DNA of 64,000 bases, taken from positions 1 to 64,000 of the forward strand of contig NMRA01000454.1 in NCBI GenBank assembly GCA_002633005.1. Direction: 5' to 3'. The DNA comes from Phoronis australis. Lineage: Eukaryota; Animalia; Phoronida. The translations under genes were made by a program, and so were the position numbers. The notes beneath the pieces were generated by a model that saw only the letters and a list, made by a program, of their open reading frames with translations, did no database searches and was not told where the DNA came from. Shown here piece by piece: positions 26,131 to 38,419 of the stretch; position 1 is the stretch's first letter, and every line of letters starts with the position of its first letter.

Positions 26131-29100
26131 TTTTTTTGTAAAATATTTACTGACTTCTCAATAAATGAAAACTTGTCTGAGTATGTTTCACTGCTAACCT
26201 ATAAACTTATAGGTAATAAAATCGTTTGATTGGGATTCTTTGGTGAAAAATGAGGGGGCAATAATTCTTCAACTTCAATTATGTCACACAACATTTCTCG
26301 ATATGGTCAATCTCGTTTATGGGCCTACAATGAATTCTGGGCTTAGAAAAATCAGTTATCTTTACAATGCACTGAGATAATTAGTTGAAGGACAAGTTTA
26401 AACTGGATTGATAACCCGAAAATAAGTGGGAAACATTAAGTATTAAGCCAAAATCGATGGAATATCACTAATTTAGGGGTCTGTAAAAGTGCAGTGTTTA
26501 GATATACACTGACACACACCCATATATACATTAAGAGTACATGTAGGCCCCTATGCCTTCGTTTTATGACAAAACAAGTGTCAGTTCCAGTCTTTCTGTT
26601 GCCAGCCAGAATAAAATCCCATTTCGGGTATGTTGAATTATTTTCAGTTTGACGTTATAAGCGATTTACGTCAGGCCGGTAGGCTGACAATTTTCCGGCA
26701 GGAGACCTCTCGCGCAAAATAACTATGAAAATGAAATATCCTTTTATTTGACAGATCCGTGACCAACCAAGAATACAAGCAGTTTTGCAAAACTTTTAAT
26801 TAAAAATAAGGATACTAAATTCTCAAGTTCTGCGAAAGATACCAAGGCCGTCAATTTCTTTGGTCAAGAAGTAATTTTCTTCGACATTTTTAGTTTGCGA
26901 ATTGTCAAGACATTTTTGATAGGCCCATGAATTGATAACTTTGTTATATGGTTTGATAGGCGCCTTATTTCAATTCACGCAGGATACTCGTTCGTCTTGT
27001 TCTCACATGAAGTAAGTAATTCCTACTACATATATATTTGCAAGTTCCTTGATATACAACACCATGGAATATAACAGACTTAAAAATAGTCTTGTTTATC
27101 AAGGATTGGTCTCAGGCTTCATTTTCGGAGCTCTCCACGCGCTCAGGGCGCAGTCAAAGATTTTTAGTTTGAAATGTTGTCCTTGGCGAATTCATTTCCT
27201 TAGCAAGAAAGTGTAAATATTTTACTACAATTTTTACCCATTGTAGCTATGATGGTCTATTTTTCCCACGGCGTGTAGTTTTGTAAAATGATCCTAGGGT
27301 TTTTAATACTTTTCCTGATTCTCTCTAATTATTTCGTTTACTGGAGCTTTCCTACCCCGATTTTGAACATTTCCCTTTTTCCGAATCTTATGACCTGAAT
27401 TTCCTTGACAAAACAAGGTTTTCAATTTCTGTGTTTTCTTTTAGTGTACAACAACATAATAACATTTTTGTAAAACTTTTCTGAAAGCTGCGCCTGATGA
27501 TGTAGGAACGCTTTTTCACTGACGCAGGACTCCTATTTTCTCCGGGATCATCGCCTTCGATCAGAACAGGTGTGCGTCGATTATTTTAACTAATTATATA
27601 CTACAACAAACAATATTGCCTTACTGGGAATATACCCAACCGAGTATTTTTACCCATTCGAGTATTTCTGACATTCTTGAAGGAAATTCAGTACAAGCGA
27701 AAATAAAACGCTCAGAGCGGAGTCACGACGAAGAGCGTCTTCACCGCGACGGGCCTAAGGTCGGGCGACGCCCAGGCCAGGAAATGAAATTCAGAAATAT
27801 TTTTATCTTATGAATCAATTATAAGCATATAGTCTACAGTATGTCACTTTTTGGAAGAGCTTTTTACTAAATTGCCTTTTAATAGAGGACTCCCCGGTCC
27901 GGATGCAGGAAAATCCACGATAGTCAGGGGCACGATCCCACGTCACCTGGCTACCGGGGATTCTTCCCCACAAGTAGGTAGANNNNNNNNNNNAGGGGGA
28001 GGGGGAGGGGGAGGGGGGAGGGAGAGGGAGAGAGAGAGAGGGAGCGAGACAGGGGGTGACAGGTTTATTAGCATAAGAAATATTAGCTCATAATACAATT
28101 TACAGAGTACAACAAAACAAACAAAAACATGATCACAACCCCCAAAGTATAGGACATATGTGCGCAAGTCTACTGACCGGCGACTGATTTTTAAGGAAGT
28201 AAATCTAATTACAATTCAGTTATCAATGTCTAACATAACAATGACAATTGACCAAAATCGTTACATTATCAAACGTAGTGAACTTCTATTTTTAGGCTTA
28301 TCTTACAGCTGTGCTTTGCGTCTTCGTTGGAGAAGAAATTTCACGGGGAAAGTTATTTTATGCCTTAGACATAAAATTACTTCCCCGCAATACCGCGCAT
28401 GCGCAACAGGGTCGGAGTGGGAAGAAATTTCACGGGGAAGAAATTTTACGTGACACCGACTTGGCTTTTTTAAGCACCTGGGTGCCATTGGTTTATTTGA
28501 CAATGAAAGTAAAGGCATGGCTGTCGTTTGGCGAATAATAAAGTTTCTTGTCTTTTACGATAAAACATGTGACGCACATATCCAAGTAACGGTCGTCTGC
28601 CGGGACCACTTGCGCGCTAAAAACAGGACCAACCAGTGGCGCTGTGCGATATCAGGGATATTATCGTAGATATTTGATAATAAGGACATTTTATTTGAAA
28701 AATAAATATGATTTTCCACCACAAGGTTTGGTAAATTGATTGTTTAAGAATTAGTAGGAACACGTGACGTTTTATCGCGCGTTATGCCGTGGTCCTAAAC
28801 TTTCTTCGGCGCAAGCCGGAAATTTGCAAAACTGGCCAAAATGTTAGCCAATGAAACGCGTCAAATATCGATTCTGCGACTTGCTTACAAGTCATCGGGA
28901 CGGCTGTTTTCGGTTAGTGTTTTCTTGAACTTGATTTGGAAACAACCAAATAACGGTCGGGTAGACATGCATACGTACACTCTTACCAACAAATCTACAC
29001 ACATTTAGATAGCCACAAAGAATAAATATCCAAACCATGCTCATTCGATACGAAGCAATGAAAATTACTGCATCTAGTAGTATCAGCTTTTGCCACGAAT

Positions 29101-29265
29101 TGACCTATCACCAGGATTATGACGGACGGCTTAATTAACCAATCAGAACGCAGCATTCTTGGCACACTTTCGTCTGCGTTTCCAAGCCGCCATTTTACCC
29201 GACAAACCACACGTAGTCGAGTAAAACTTAATTTAGTCTATAGCTCAACAAATTGTCCGCTAAGA

Positions 29266-29430
29266 ATGGGGAAACGGTGTTGATATGGCGTGTGTAGCAC
29301 CGACAGCCGTTATGCTGCTCCAGAATGATATCCCGTCATTTTGGCATGTCCTAAGCCGAAAAATGATGTTGAAAAGCGTAAACAATGGAGTGTACGGCCA
29401 CACGAGCAGCTGAACATAGCGATGTTGCTT
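29266..29430 (+). pseudogene. Decayed THAP-type zinc finger (transposase N-terminus)
   Basis: MGKRC*YGVCSTDSRY...CPKPKNDVEKRKQWSVRPHEQLNI resembles the invertebrate THAP pattern KRCxxGxCxSDxRY...FPKP...W...RPHxQLN; contains in-frame stops. Confidence 0.6.
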
Positions 29431-30829
29431 GATAACTCGAAAGCTATAATAAACACAAATATATTAGTTCCAAGATACGCACTTTATAGCTTGGTGGCTG
29501 TGGTGCAGGGCTATCTCAGATTTTGACTCCCGAGTTTCCTACGATGGCCGCCTTTGTCTCGACACCTGCTGGATCTCAGCACTCTAGCGGTAGTACCCGG
29601 AAATTGTCGTTTTCAAGGACATTTTTATTTTATGTTTTTTTTTTATTTATTTCAACCTAATGGAAATTATTTTGTTTCGTATCAGAGGTACATTTTTGTT
29701 ATTCATAAACCGTAGGCTGGCGTTAAACTGAACTTCTCTCTCGGTCAAAATTCAGAGATTCGATCGGCACAGGGAAGGGCACTGGGTTACTGCCGGAACT
29801 CAAAGCCTTGGTTGAGCTGTTGTCACTAAAAATAAACTGTTGAATTAATTTTTGACGTGTACCTCTAGTATACACTATGTCTGTAGAGTTAGAAAGAACT
29901 CATTTTGAAGTTGCTCAAACATGATATTTAGATTTATGTAGCTTAAACAAAGAATTTGTGTTATTTTTGTAAATACCTTATTTTTGCAACTACCCGGCAC
30001 ACCAGACTTGTAATCTTTTGTAACCATACCACGACTTAGTGATCATGCTACCTTCAAAATTAAATGAAAGCTACCTTTATGGAATGAAACTACAAAAAAA
30101 TCCAAGTTCATAAGAAGGTAGGCCTAATTGAAATGTCTTAATGGTGAAAACGGATAATTCGGGCAAAATGAAACAGCAAGAGCGTGAAGCGTGAGGAAAT
30201 ATTGAGTTCAATAACTAGAACCGGTAGCGGAAGAGGGGGGCTCAGACCCCAGATCGTGGCGGAATCGTCAGTGTTCCTGTTTCTTTTAGTCCAGCGATAG
30301 ATTTTCTGAACAGGAGGTCCAACGGTCTACATCCCTGGCCCCTGCAACTTTCATCCCGCCTGTGCACATACAATCGCACTTTGCCCAATGCCACGGGGCA
30401 ACATATGTTGGGCCCCCCTGTGGTATCCTAGATCCGCCACTGAATTCCAGACATTAATTTGACTTAGACAGCGCCCGCAGTAGACCTACCGGAGCTAACT
30501 GTTTGGCTAGGACGAAATGAGTGTGTACCTGAGCTATGAACCTGAAATTTTTTATCAGATTATTTCGTTACAAGATCAGAAAAGCGTGAACTGGGCTATC
30601 GAGTCGACCTAGTCAGAGACTATAGTGCACGTGTTATCTATGACCTACTTTACTCCAGGAGCGTTTTCAAATAGTGCAAAAACACTCATCGATTACCAGG
30701 AACGTCGTTTAGCGACAGTGTATTTGCCTCTGACATCTCGTTCGATTGTCGGGTATCACGTGACTTTTCGCATAGGGGCGGAGCTTGCGATAGGTCAATT
30801 TAGCGGCTTAACCATACATTGCATGCTGT

Positions 30830-31012
30830 GAGCAAAAACAGCGGGCGGACTAAAAAAAAGGAAGCACCACTGTGAAGTGAGCGTTTGCGATTATTTACTC
30901 CCATTTTCTTGGACTTCTTATCTCTCAGGGGCGGACCTTCTTGCCCACTTTGTCAAATGGGGGGGGCTCCTTCGAGCCTCCAAGCCCCCCCTCCCCCTGG
31001 GTGCCCGCATGC
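30830..31012 (-). mobile_element. GC-rich MITE family; other copies at 40992-41200 (+) and 50613-50827 (+)
   Basis: Shared atgcgcgcaccca...aagtgggca...gaga.aa.aagtcca blocks in the three copies. Confidence 0.7.
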
Positions 31013-32254
31013 ATTGGAATCATAGAAGTCTAGTCATGGAATACCAACTCCTGCTCGTGACCTATGCAACCTATTGTTAGGCCATGCGACCCCGAGGCCA
31101 GCCGCGAGAGTTTGCAATGAAAACTTCTGGCTGCCTGTTCGACTGAGTTTTGATCGAGAGTTGACTCGAAGTTATCAAATCAAGCCTAATATCATTGCGT
31201 ATTTTTATTTCGTTATTATTGTTCATCAAGTGAGATTCTTCAGCCACAGTTCCGTACAATCGGCGATTTCTCGTTAACATTAGTCAACAAACCCGACAAT
31301 TACACTGTTCGTAGTTTATAAGCACACTTGTGGCATTGGGTGGATGCCGAGAGTAGTTTGGCATCTGATATCCTTTCAGCTGGAGTCCTAGAACTTTCGA
31401 CAACCTTTCATACTACATGCCATGAATTTTTCAACAATACATTTTTGGGTGTTAAAATTATGTTACAGTCTTTTACGGATCAAAGTTTCATTTGGCCTAA
31501 ATGAAATGTTTAGGCCCTAAAATAGATGTGTTTATGTAACTTTCTAAAAATTACTCAGGAAATGACAATGGGCTTGCTAATGATAAGGCTCTGGTGCAAT
31601 TTGATTGAAAAGTGGCACAGTTGCGAAAATTTTTAGTCACAGTAAAGTCCATAGCAAATGCACACAATCGAATGCAAACAACTCCAACGCATGCACGGCA
31701 CCACCTCCTGGCCGCGAGACACGAGAGGGCATGTCGGCTGGAGTTCTATGACTACATCAAAGATCATTAACATACTCCAGATAAAAGTATTCCATTCAGT
31801 GTTTTCGTGGATAGTAATTGAAGCTATGATTAGCCAGTAACAAAAAGCCATCTCATTTTTTCCGACTGGATTGTGTTACAGAATGTCGCTTTGTGATCGC
31901 ATATGGACCCTTGTAAATTGTGTTTTGTTGTCTGAAGTGTCGGGAAAATGACTTAATTGCATTTTTTGGCAAAAGAGAAAACAGAGACATAAATCGTGGA
32001 GCTTGAGGTCTCGTTGAGCGAGTTGAGCAACTAAAGCGTGTAGAGGCGTTTAGTGAGTGAGGGCTGTCGACACCAACTATCTCAGGCCACATTGTCGAGC
32101 TGGTATTCATCAAACTAGATGCTGCATGGAATCTTTCAGTTCATGATCAATTCCGTAGGCCCTGGCAGCCGACTTCTCTTTCGAATTAGCTAATAAGTTC
32201 GTTTTAATATTTTGTTTATTAGTTTTGAATTTGTATGCTCGCCCGTTTTCTGGT

Positions 32255-32505
32255 GAGGATTATGGCAATAGTGATTATATTAATGTTGGTGATGATATTC
32301 CCTGCACACGAGTGTTCTTGTGATGGTGATGACAACGGTGACAATGATGATGATGACGACAATGGTGATGGCGATGATGACGATGAGGATGACGATGACA
32401 ATAGTGATGATAATGATGACGATGACAGTGGTGAAGATGATGATGGTATTCCATTCACACGCTTGTTCTGATGATGACGATGACAATGGTGATGATGATG
32501 ATGCC
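32255..32505. repeat. Degenerate (GAT/GAC)n tract upstream of Kv exon 2
   Basis: Directly visible. Confidence 0.9.
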
Positions 32506-32652
32506 TCCATATTTAAGTAACTGCACTACATTTAAAATCGACAAGTTTCTTGAAATGTGATATTCCTAGCCTTCAATAGCACGACAATTTTATCAAAAGG
32601 GGGCGCATTGACGACCTGTCACTTATATGAGTTGCCTGCATCTTATTTCCAG

Positions 32653-33510
32653 ATTCCAGCTATAGTCCAGGTCATGGTTTCCATTACAGCGGCGACTGCA
32701 GTATATTTGAACGCGTTCTTTGGACGAGTCAATCGCACACGCGATGACGTCATTGAGGTTCAAGCATACTTGCAACGTAACTACTGGATCAATAACACCA
32801 AAATACACGGATGGAGCCAGACAAAGATGTCTGAAACGTGTGTTTATATTATCTTGGTTTGCATCGTATGTGTATTCATCGACTTAGTTCTTCGCTTTGC
32901 ATTGTGCCCTTCAAAATTTAAATTCTTGAAATCGTTTTTCAATGTCGTCGACTGTGTCGTTGTTCTTTCGTTGTCATCTATTCTCGTCATAGAGACGATG
33001 CTGATCAGGTTACCTCATGCATTATTTGTTTGCCTAGAAATATCTGGGTGGTTTAACATTTTTCTTGTCGTACGACTACTTAAACTGGTTCGACAAAATT
33101 TACACATACGCATCTTTTATTTGGTACTGAAATCAAGCATTTTGGATTTCTGCGTATTTTTATGCCTATTTGGCATAGTTTCTGTGTTGTTTGCCTCCGT
33201 CGTGGCGACGGTTGAAGTGGCGTCAGAAACATATTTCCATGACCTCGTGCAGTCGCTATGGTGGGCTGTTATTACCATGACAACAGTTGGTTATGGTGAT
33301 ATGTACCCTGTAACATATGGTGGATACGCCGTCGGAATGGTCTGCGTGTTGACTGGTATGATTCTTACAACCTTGCCCATAGCCGTCGTCAGTAGCAACT
33401 TCAACACGTTCTTGGCGCACGGAAAACAATTTCACATGCACAGGAAGATGCTATGTGCCAGAAAGAATGAAAAGAACAAAAGGAATGATGCGTCCAAAGT
33501 TGTAAAGTGA
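32653..33510 (+). CDS. Shaw/Kv3-family potassium channel subunit, exon 2 (S1-S6 and pore); spliced product ~448 aa
   Basis: Phase-0 acceptor tatttccag|ATT. Six hydrophobic segments, RFALCPSK after S2, pore LWWAVITMTTVGYGDMYP, stop TGA at 33508-33510. Confidence 0.92.
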   Translation: MPAIVQVMVSITAATAVYLNAFFGRVNRTRDDVIEVQAYLQRNYWINNTKIHGWSQTKMSETCVYIILVCIVCVFIDLVLRFALCPSKFKFLKSFFNVVDCVVVLSLSSILVIETMLIRLPHALFVCLEISGWFNIFLVVRLLKLVRQNLHIRIFYLVLKSSILDFCVFLCLFGIVSVLFASVVATVEVASETYFHDLVQSLWWAVITMTTVGYGDMYPVTYGGYAVGMVCVLTGMILTTLPIAVVSSNFNTFLAHGKQFHMHRKMLCARKNEKNKRNDASKVVK

Positions 33511-34287
33511 TGGGAATGTAGGGAACCCATCGGCGTTTCTTCGGCATAATTTTCCAAATAAACACCCATTGGCGTTTCGTAGATGGGCTTACATAAGGAA
33601 AATCCCGGTACTCTTATGAATCACATACTGTCCCGAGATATAGTTACATGAAATCCACTGCTTACCACAATTGTATGGATTCAACAGGCTCGGTCATACA
33701 TTCTGTTTGAAACATTTCCGGCAACAGAAATTACAGGTTTTTGAATTACAAGTTGTTTTCACGTCTTGCTGGTTCATGGAAATTTGAGGATATATGAAAA
33801 TCGTAATACAATAGGCATACATCTACTACCCTTTTTCATTTTTATCTCCAACGACGTCATTCTACGTCATTCAGGTTACGTAGGCTTTATCGCCAAGACT
33901 GTACATTTAGCCAAATAAACAGCAAAAGTATATATTTTTCTGAAAATATAAATTCACAGAATTTGATTTTTGACTTTTAAAATACCACTGTTTCATTAAT
34001 TTGATCATGTGACTATGCTTTTTAGTAATTAAAAAAGAAAGGTACATCCATACCAATACAACAGGATCGCCAACACCAACAATTTCGTATGATAAGAAAT
34101 TTTGATGATAAAATCTCATAAAAGTTACAGTTTTCTAAATTATCGTTTCACGCAACTTTAAGTGTCTTCACAGAAATCATAAGAGTCTTATTGTTGATAG
34201 ATCCTCATACAAAAGAGAAACATTTTAAAATCATTATTGCAATCAAAGTTCATGAAAACATTGGACAAAGCGTACTAGGACAGTTTC

Positions 34288-34740
34288 ACGTGTATCCGAA
34301 AAGCCAGTGTTCAGATATCACGTGTATCCGACAAGCCAGTGTTTAAATATAACGTGTATCCGACAAGCCATTGCCCAGATATCACGTGTATCCGACAAGC
34401 CATTGTTCGGATATCACGTGCATCCGACAAGCCATTGTTCAGATATCATGTGTATCCGACAAGCCATTGTTCAGATATCACGTGTATACGACAAGACATT
34501 GTTCAGATATCACGTGTATTCGACAAGGCATTTATTCGGATATCACGTGTATCCGACAAGCCATTATTCGGATATCACGTGTATCCGACAAGCCATTGTT
34601 CAGATATCATGTGTATCCGACAAGCCATTGTTCAGATATCACGTGTATCCGACAAGCCATTGTTCAGATATCACGTGCATCCGACAAGCCATTGTTAAGG
34701 TATCATATGTATCCGACAAGGCATTGTTCAGATATCATGT
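34288..34740. repeat. 32-bp minisatellite (gatatcacgtgtatccgacaagccattgttca), ~14 copies
   Basis: Period 32; produces the 32-aa repeating ORFs in all three + frames. Confidence 0.97.
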
Positions 34741-34948
34741 TCCCAAGCTAGCATTAATTGGACATCTTTCAAGGTTATTTTAAGACCCCAGTCATTTTTG
34801 TTTTCACCGTGGAAGTCTTTCAGGGAACTGTGGGCTCTAACTTATTACGAGAACCAATTCATACAATAATTGGGTATTCGGTGCCCAATAGGCTTGTAGA
34901 AAGGTAAAAGTTATTGCAGGAGCATAAAGCAGTTCAACTTAGCCAAAC

Positions 34949-35832
34949 TGTCAGAATAAATATTGTTTATTAGTAAGATTAGATCCATTTTAAGTTGCCC
35001 AAAATTTGTGCATATGTACTTTTAAATCATGGGGTCAGACTTGTTGACATGTACTTTAACGTCAAAATCTATTTTTAGCTGGTGTTTACAACTTTGGGTT
35101 CTGGGGTCAAAGTACTCTAGAGATTCTAGAAAATTCTGAGAACAAATTGTATCAGCCAATAATATGAGTGGATATGATCATGTGGTTTTTATTAGCCAAT
35201 CACTAAATAAGTAGAATGTTATATTATGGGCTGAAATCAACAAGATAATTAGATGCGCTATAGTAGTTGAAGACTTGCTACAGTGTACAGAAGCAATTGT
35301 ACGACAGAGCCATCTCGTGGAAGATTCTAGAAAGGATCTTGGCAAGGGCGAGGGTTAACGAACAGGAAGTAAACTAAGAGCTTGTCACTTGCATTGTGGG
35401 TAGTAAGGTACTACCTGAAGAGTTGCGTCATCAGCCAGAGACAGTGAACAGCAAGAAGAATCGGGGGTAGAAGAAATTGCCTGCATGTGTTTCATCACCA
35501 GAGACGGTGACCAGCAAGTACACTGTCGCTATACAGTGTGTGTAGTTCGAAGATTCACCAACAGGACAGACATCCAACAAGTGGAGTCCTAGCTTGGATA
35601 GCAGATAAGACATTTGATTATTTTGATTGATCGATTAAAGTAATCTTTAAAGAGGGCGCTAGCGTAGTTACTCTTCTTTGTAGTTGATTACTTAATTAAC
35701 AATAGGTTTCACTTGTCTAATTGGGGGTTATCATATAATAAATTGACTACTGCATTTGATTATTCACTCGCCATCTACGCACAATCTCAAACCATAGCTA
35801 CCTTTTAAACAAACCCACAGTCAACCTCTACA
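34949..35832. mobile_element. Solo LTR (884 bp) with CAAAC target-site duplication
   Basis: CAAAC|TGTCAGA...CTACA|CAAAC; same family and orientation as 23019-23853. Confidence 0.9.
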
Positions 35833-37087
35833 CAAACATTTGCCACACCCTTTCTATCGCCGCTGCCTCCGCCATTCTCTGGATGCCAACAATTTTGTAC
35901 CGACCCCTACGCCTGTCATAGGTTGGGGGGTGGGGGGGGGGGGGTAAACCCTGGGAGGCAGTCATGGGAAGTTGAGTAGCACATTGCTACAAGCCAGCCA
36001 CAGTGCAGTTGGAAACAGTGGTGTGGACCTGAATATCAGAAGCATATAAATCTGATGCCAGTGGCCAGCAGCAAATTAGGCTATCCGTGATAAAATCATT
36101 ATTACAGTGCCAAAAGACAAAAACGTAAACATTAGAAATGTTTCATCCGTAGACTGAAGCGGATGCAAAAAGTTTTCCCAGGTCACATAACAAGACTTGT
36201 TACAAGAGGAAACTTTCGTCTGTTGTGCAAGCCAGAGTACGAAAGGACCTCATGAACCTGAAAAAATGAAGAAGCGAAAGAGTTGTGTTTTTGTAACTTG
36301 GGGCTGCTGCTGTGAACAATCTTGCTCGCTGTTTTTCGGGACAGCACCAGCAAAAGTTGGGTCTCGTTGTGTTGAAAGACTTCGCACTCCCTGGGGAGTC
36401 ACGACGAACGGCAAGTGGTGCTTCTCGTTCCAGGCGATCAAGGCCCTGGAAATGATTTTTTATAATGTTTATTACGAAATCTTCGATACAATGAATATAC
36501 ATAACCCAAAAAGCGCCAAGAGGCATTATATCTGGGTTAAAAAAGTACAAAGAAATCTATATACAATTATTTTACACATACATAAAAAAATCTGTATACA
36601 ATTATTTTACACAAGTACATAAAAAATCTATATACAATCATTTTACACAAATACATAGATTAAAAAGCTGTTGTTAAGATTACAATGACATATGATTACG
36701 AAAGTAAATAAATCATTTTCATACACACTTATACAATTCTATCCACTCACACAAAGAGATTTAATATTATCAAGAAGTTTTGATACTATTTCGAATAAAA
36801 CCTTATTTTTATTTGGGTTGAGTTTTTGACTTCCATATAGAAAAAGTTAATTTTGTTGTACACTTGCGGAATTTCAGAATATTTTTTTAATAAATATTGG
36901 GGTATTGTTCGAGTGTCTGGAAAAGCTGTACCCTCTGCTCCTTGCATACCTCACAAGCAAAAAAAAACGTGCATTTGTCTGTGCGTCTCCACAGCAACAC
37001 AGAGGCGAAATATTATTAAAATTATGTCTAAAAATATCGTTGTTTACGAATAGACCGCATCTTGATCTGTAAAGGATTATTTCGTGG

Positions 37088-37720
37088 TTGCAAGGAAGTT
37101 GGAATGATGTCAATGGGACAATGAAAGTGATCGAAATAGACGTAGCAAGAACTGTCAGAATAGTGAGTGATAATCAGTCGGTGGTGCAACTCCTCCGCAC
37201 GATCCACCTGTCCCAGCCACCCAACAATGACGACGAACGCCATATCATGCTCACCCTTGCTGAGCTGCATGGAAAAGGTTGCCATGTCACCTTCACTTGG
37301 TGTCCCAGCCATACTGCGATCATTGGTAATAAACTGGCCGACGAAGCGACAAAAGAGGGTACCCACTTTTACGACACCTCCAAAGCGGCCATCCGGAGAG
37401 CGACACGAGGCGGACCAGCGTCTCACGAGGGGAAGCAACGAGTGTAAGGTACCCGAGGCGTCAAGCTCAACCGGATCGTAGAGAAAACGCTTAGCTGAAA
37501 GGAGCAGGTCACTCTTCGTCGCCTGCACAGCGGCCACCACACGGAGTTGAAGTATTGACTAGCCAAACTCGGCTGAGCGGAGAACATGGTGTGCAGAAAA
37601 TGCGTACTGGTTGACAAAACACCTGAACACGTTATATATGAATGTCCGAGGAGGTACCGCCCCCAACTACCCCAACCCCTCTTGACACCCTCTCTTAAGA
37701 TCACCACCTCACGCATAAAT
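37088..37720 (+). mobile_element. 5'-truncated non-LTR retrotransposon (RNase H plus C-terminal zinc knuckle; I-group-like)
   Basis: IVSDNQSVV...WCPSHTAIIGNKLADEATK (RNase H), then RLHSGHH...CRKC...TPEHVIYECP with stops. Confidence 0.85.
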
Positions 37721-38419
37721 TATGGGAGAAATGGACTTCATCTTGGGATCTGAAGGACGTCTCCCAACCAACCCCCTTCCTGGCCAGGAATCAACTCCCC
37801 AAGTATATCGTTGCTTAACAACATCACCAGCACGGTCGCGAGCTGTCGTCTGTGTGCATTGCACACCACAGCAACTAAACGACCAGTCATCTGCGGTACG
37901 ACCGGCATCTGGAACTCAGTAAAAGGGACTTAAAGACTGTGCAAACAAAAATCAATTCGTACAGCAACAACTGTACGATGGGCAGTACATGTTCAACACA
38001 AACATATTAAGTGAAAGCTTGAATGCACCAAAAACGACAAGACATACACGAAACTTCACGGGACTGTGTCATTCAGCTGTTCATACAAGAACCTTTATGC
38101 AGAGATTTACAATGAAGCTAGCAGAGCTAACCGTGACTGCAAAAAGTGTCATAAACACAATGCTGAGGAATGTGGACTGCACAAAGCGCTACCATGCCAA
38201 GCGAAAAGCAAGCCGAGCATATACAAACAGGCCAGGTAGTGAGGGAGAGGCGGCCAACACGAAACTGTTTGACGGGTCTGTTTATAGCTAGAAAACATAG
38301 CGACTAGTAATGCCACTGACCACATCTACAAACTCAGTTACTGATTTTGTTTTTGTCAAAACAGTAACTATTCAACTAAATGACAACTGAAAACGGAACT
38401 TAAAAAGCTCTTAATAGGA

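Larger units (their letters stand above)
22567..28455 (+). mobile_element. Possible Ginger-type DNA transposon remnant (TGT...ACA ends, ~110-bp diverged TIRs) with nested insertions
   Basis: 22567-22680 is a diverged reverse complement of 28335-28455. Flanks tcgg/ccga resemble a CCGG target. A broken ORF near 22750 (KFLEDGSLPLTLTKSQRKALRS) resembles gypsy/Ginger integrase N-termini. Confidence 0.45.

Noticed and set aside
31633-32113. Minus-strand ORFs with faint SWIM-finger-like residues (similar hint at 60300-60600)
   Set aside because: Needs several assumed frameshifts; too weak to call without a search.
34307-34783. Repeat proteins in three frames
   Set aside because: By-product of a stop-free 32-bp minisatellite.
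23019-35832. A single 12.8-kb LTR element or KolobokP-like direct-repeat element that captured Kv exon 2
   Set aside because: Each repeat has its own TSD, and no PBS, gag-pol or transposase lies between them.
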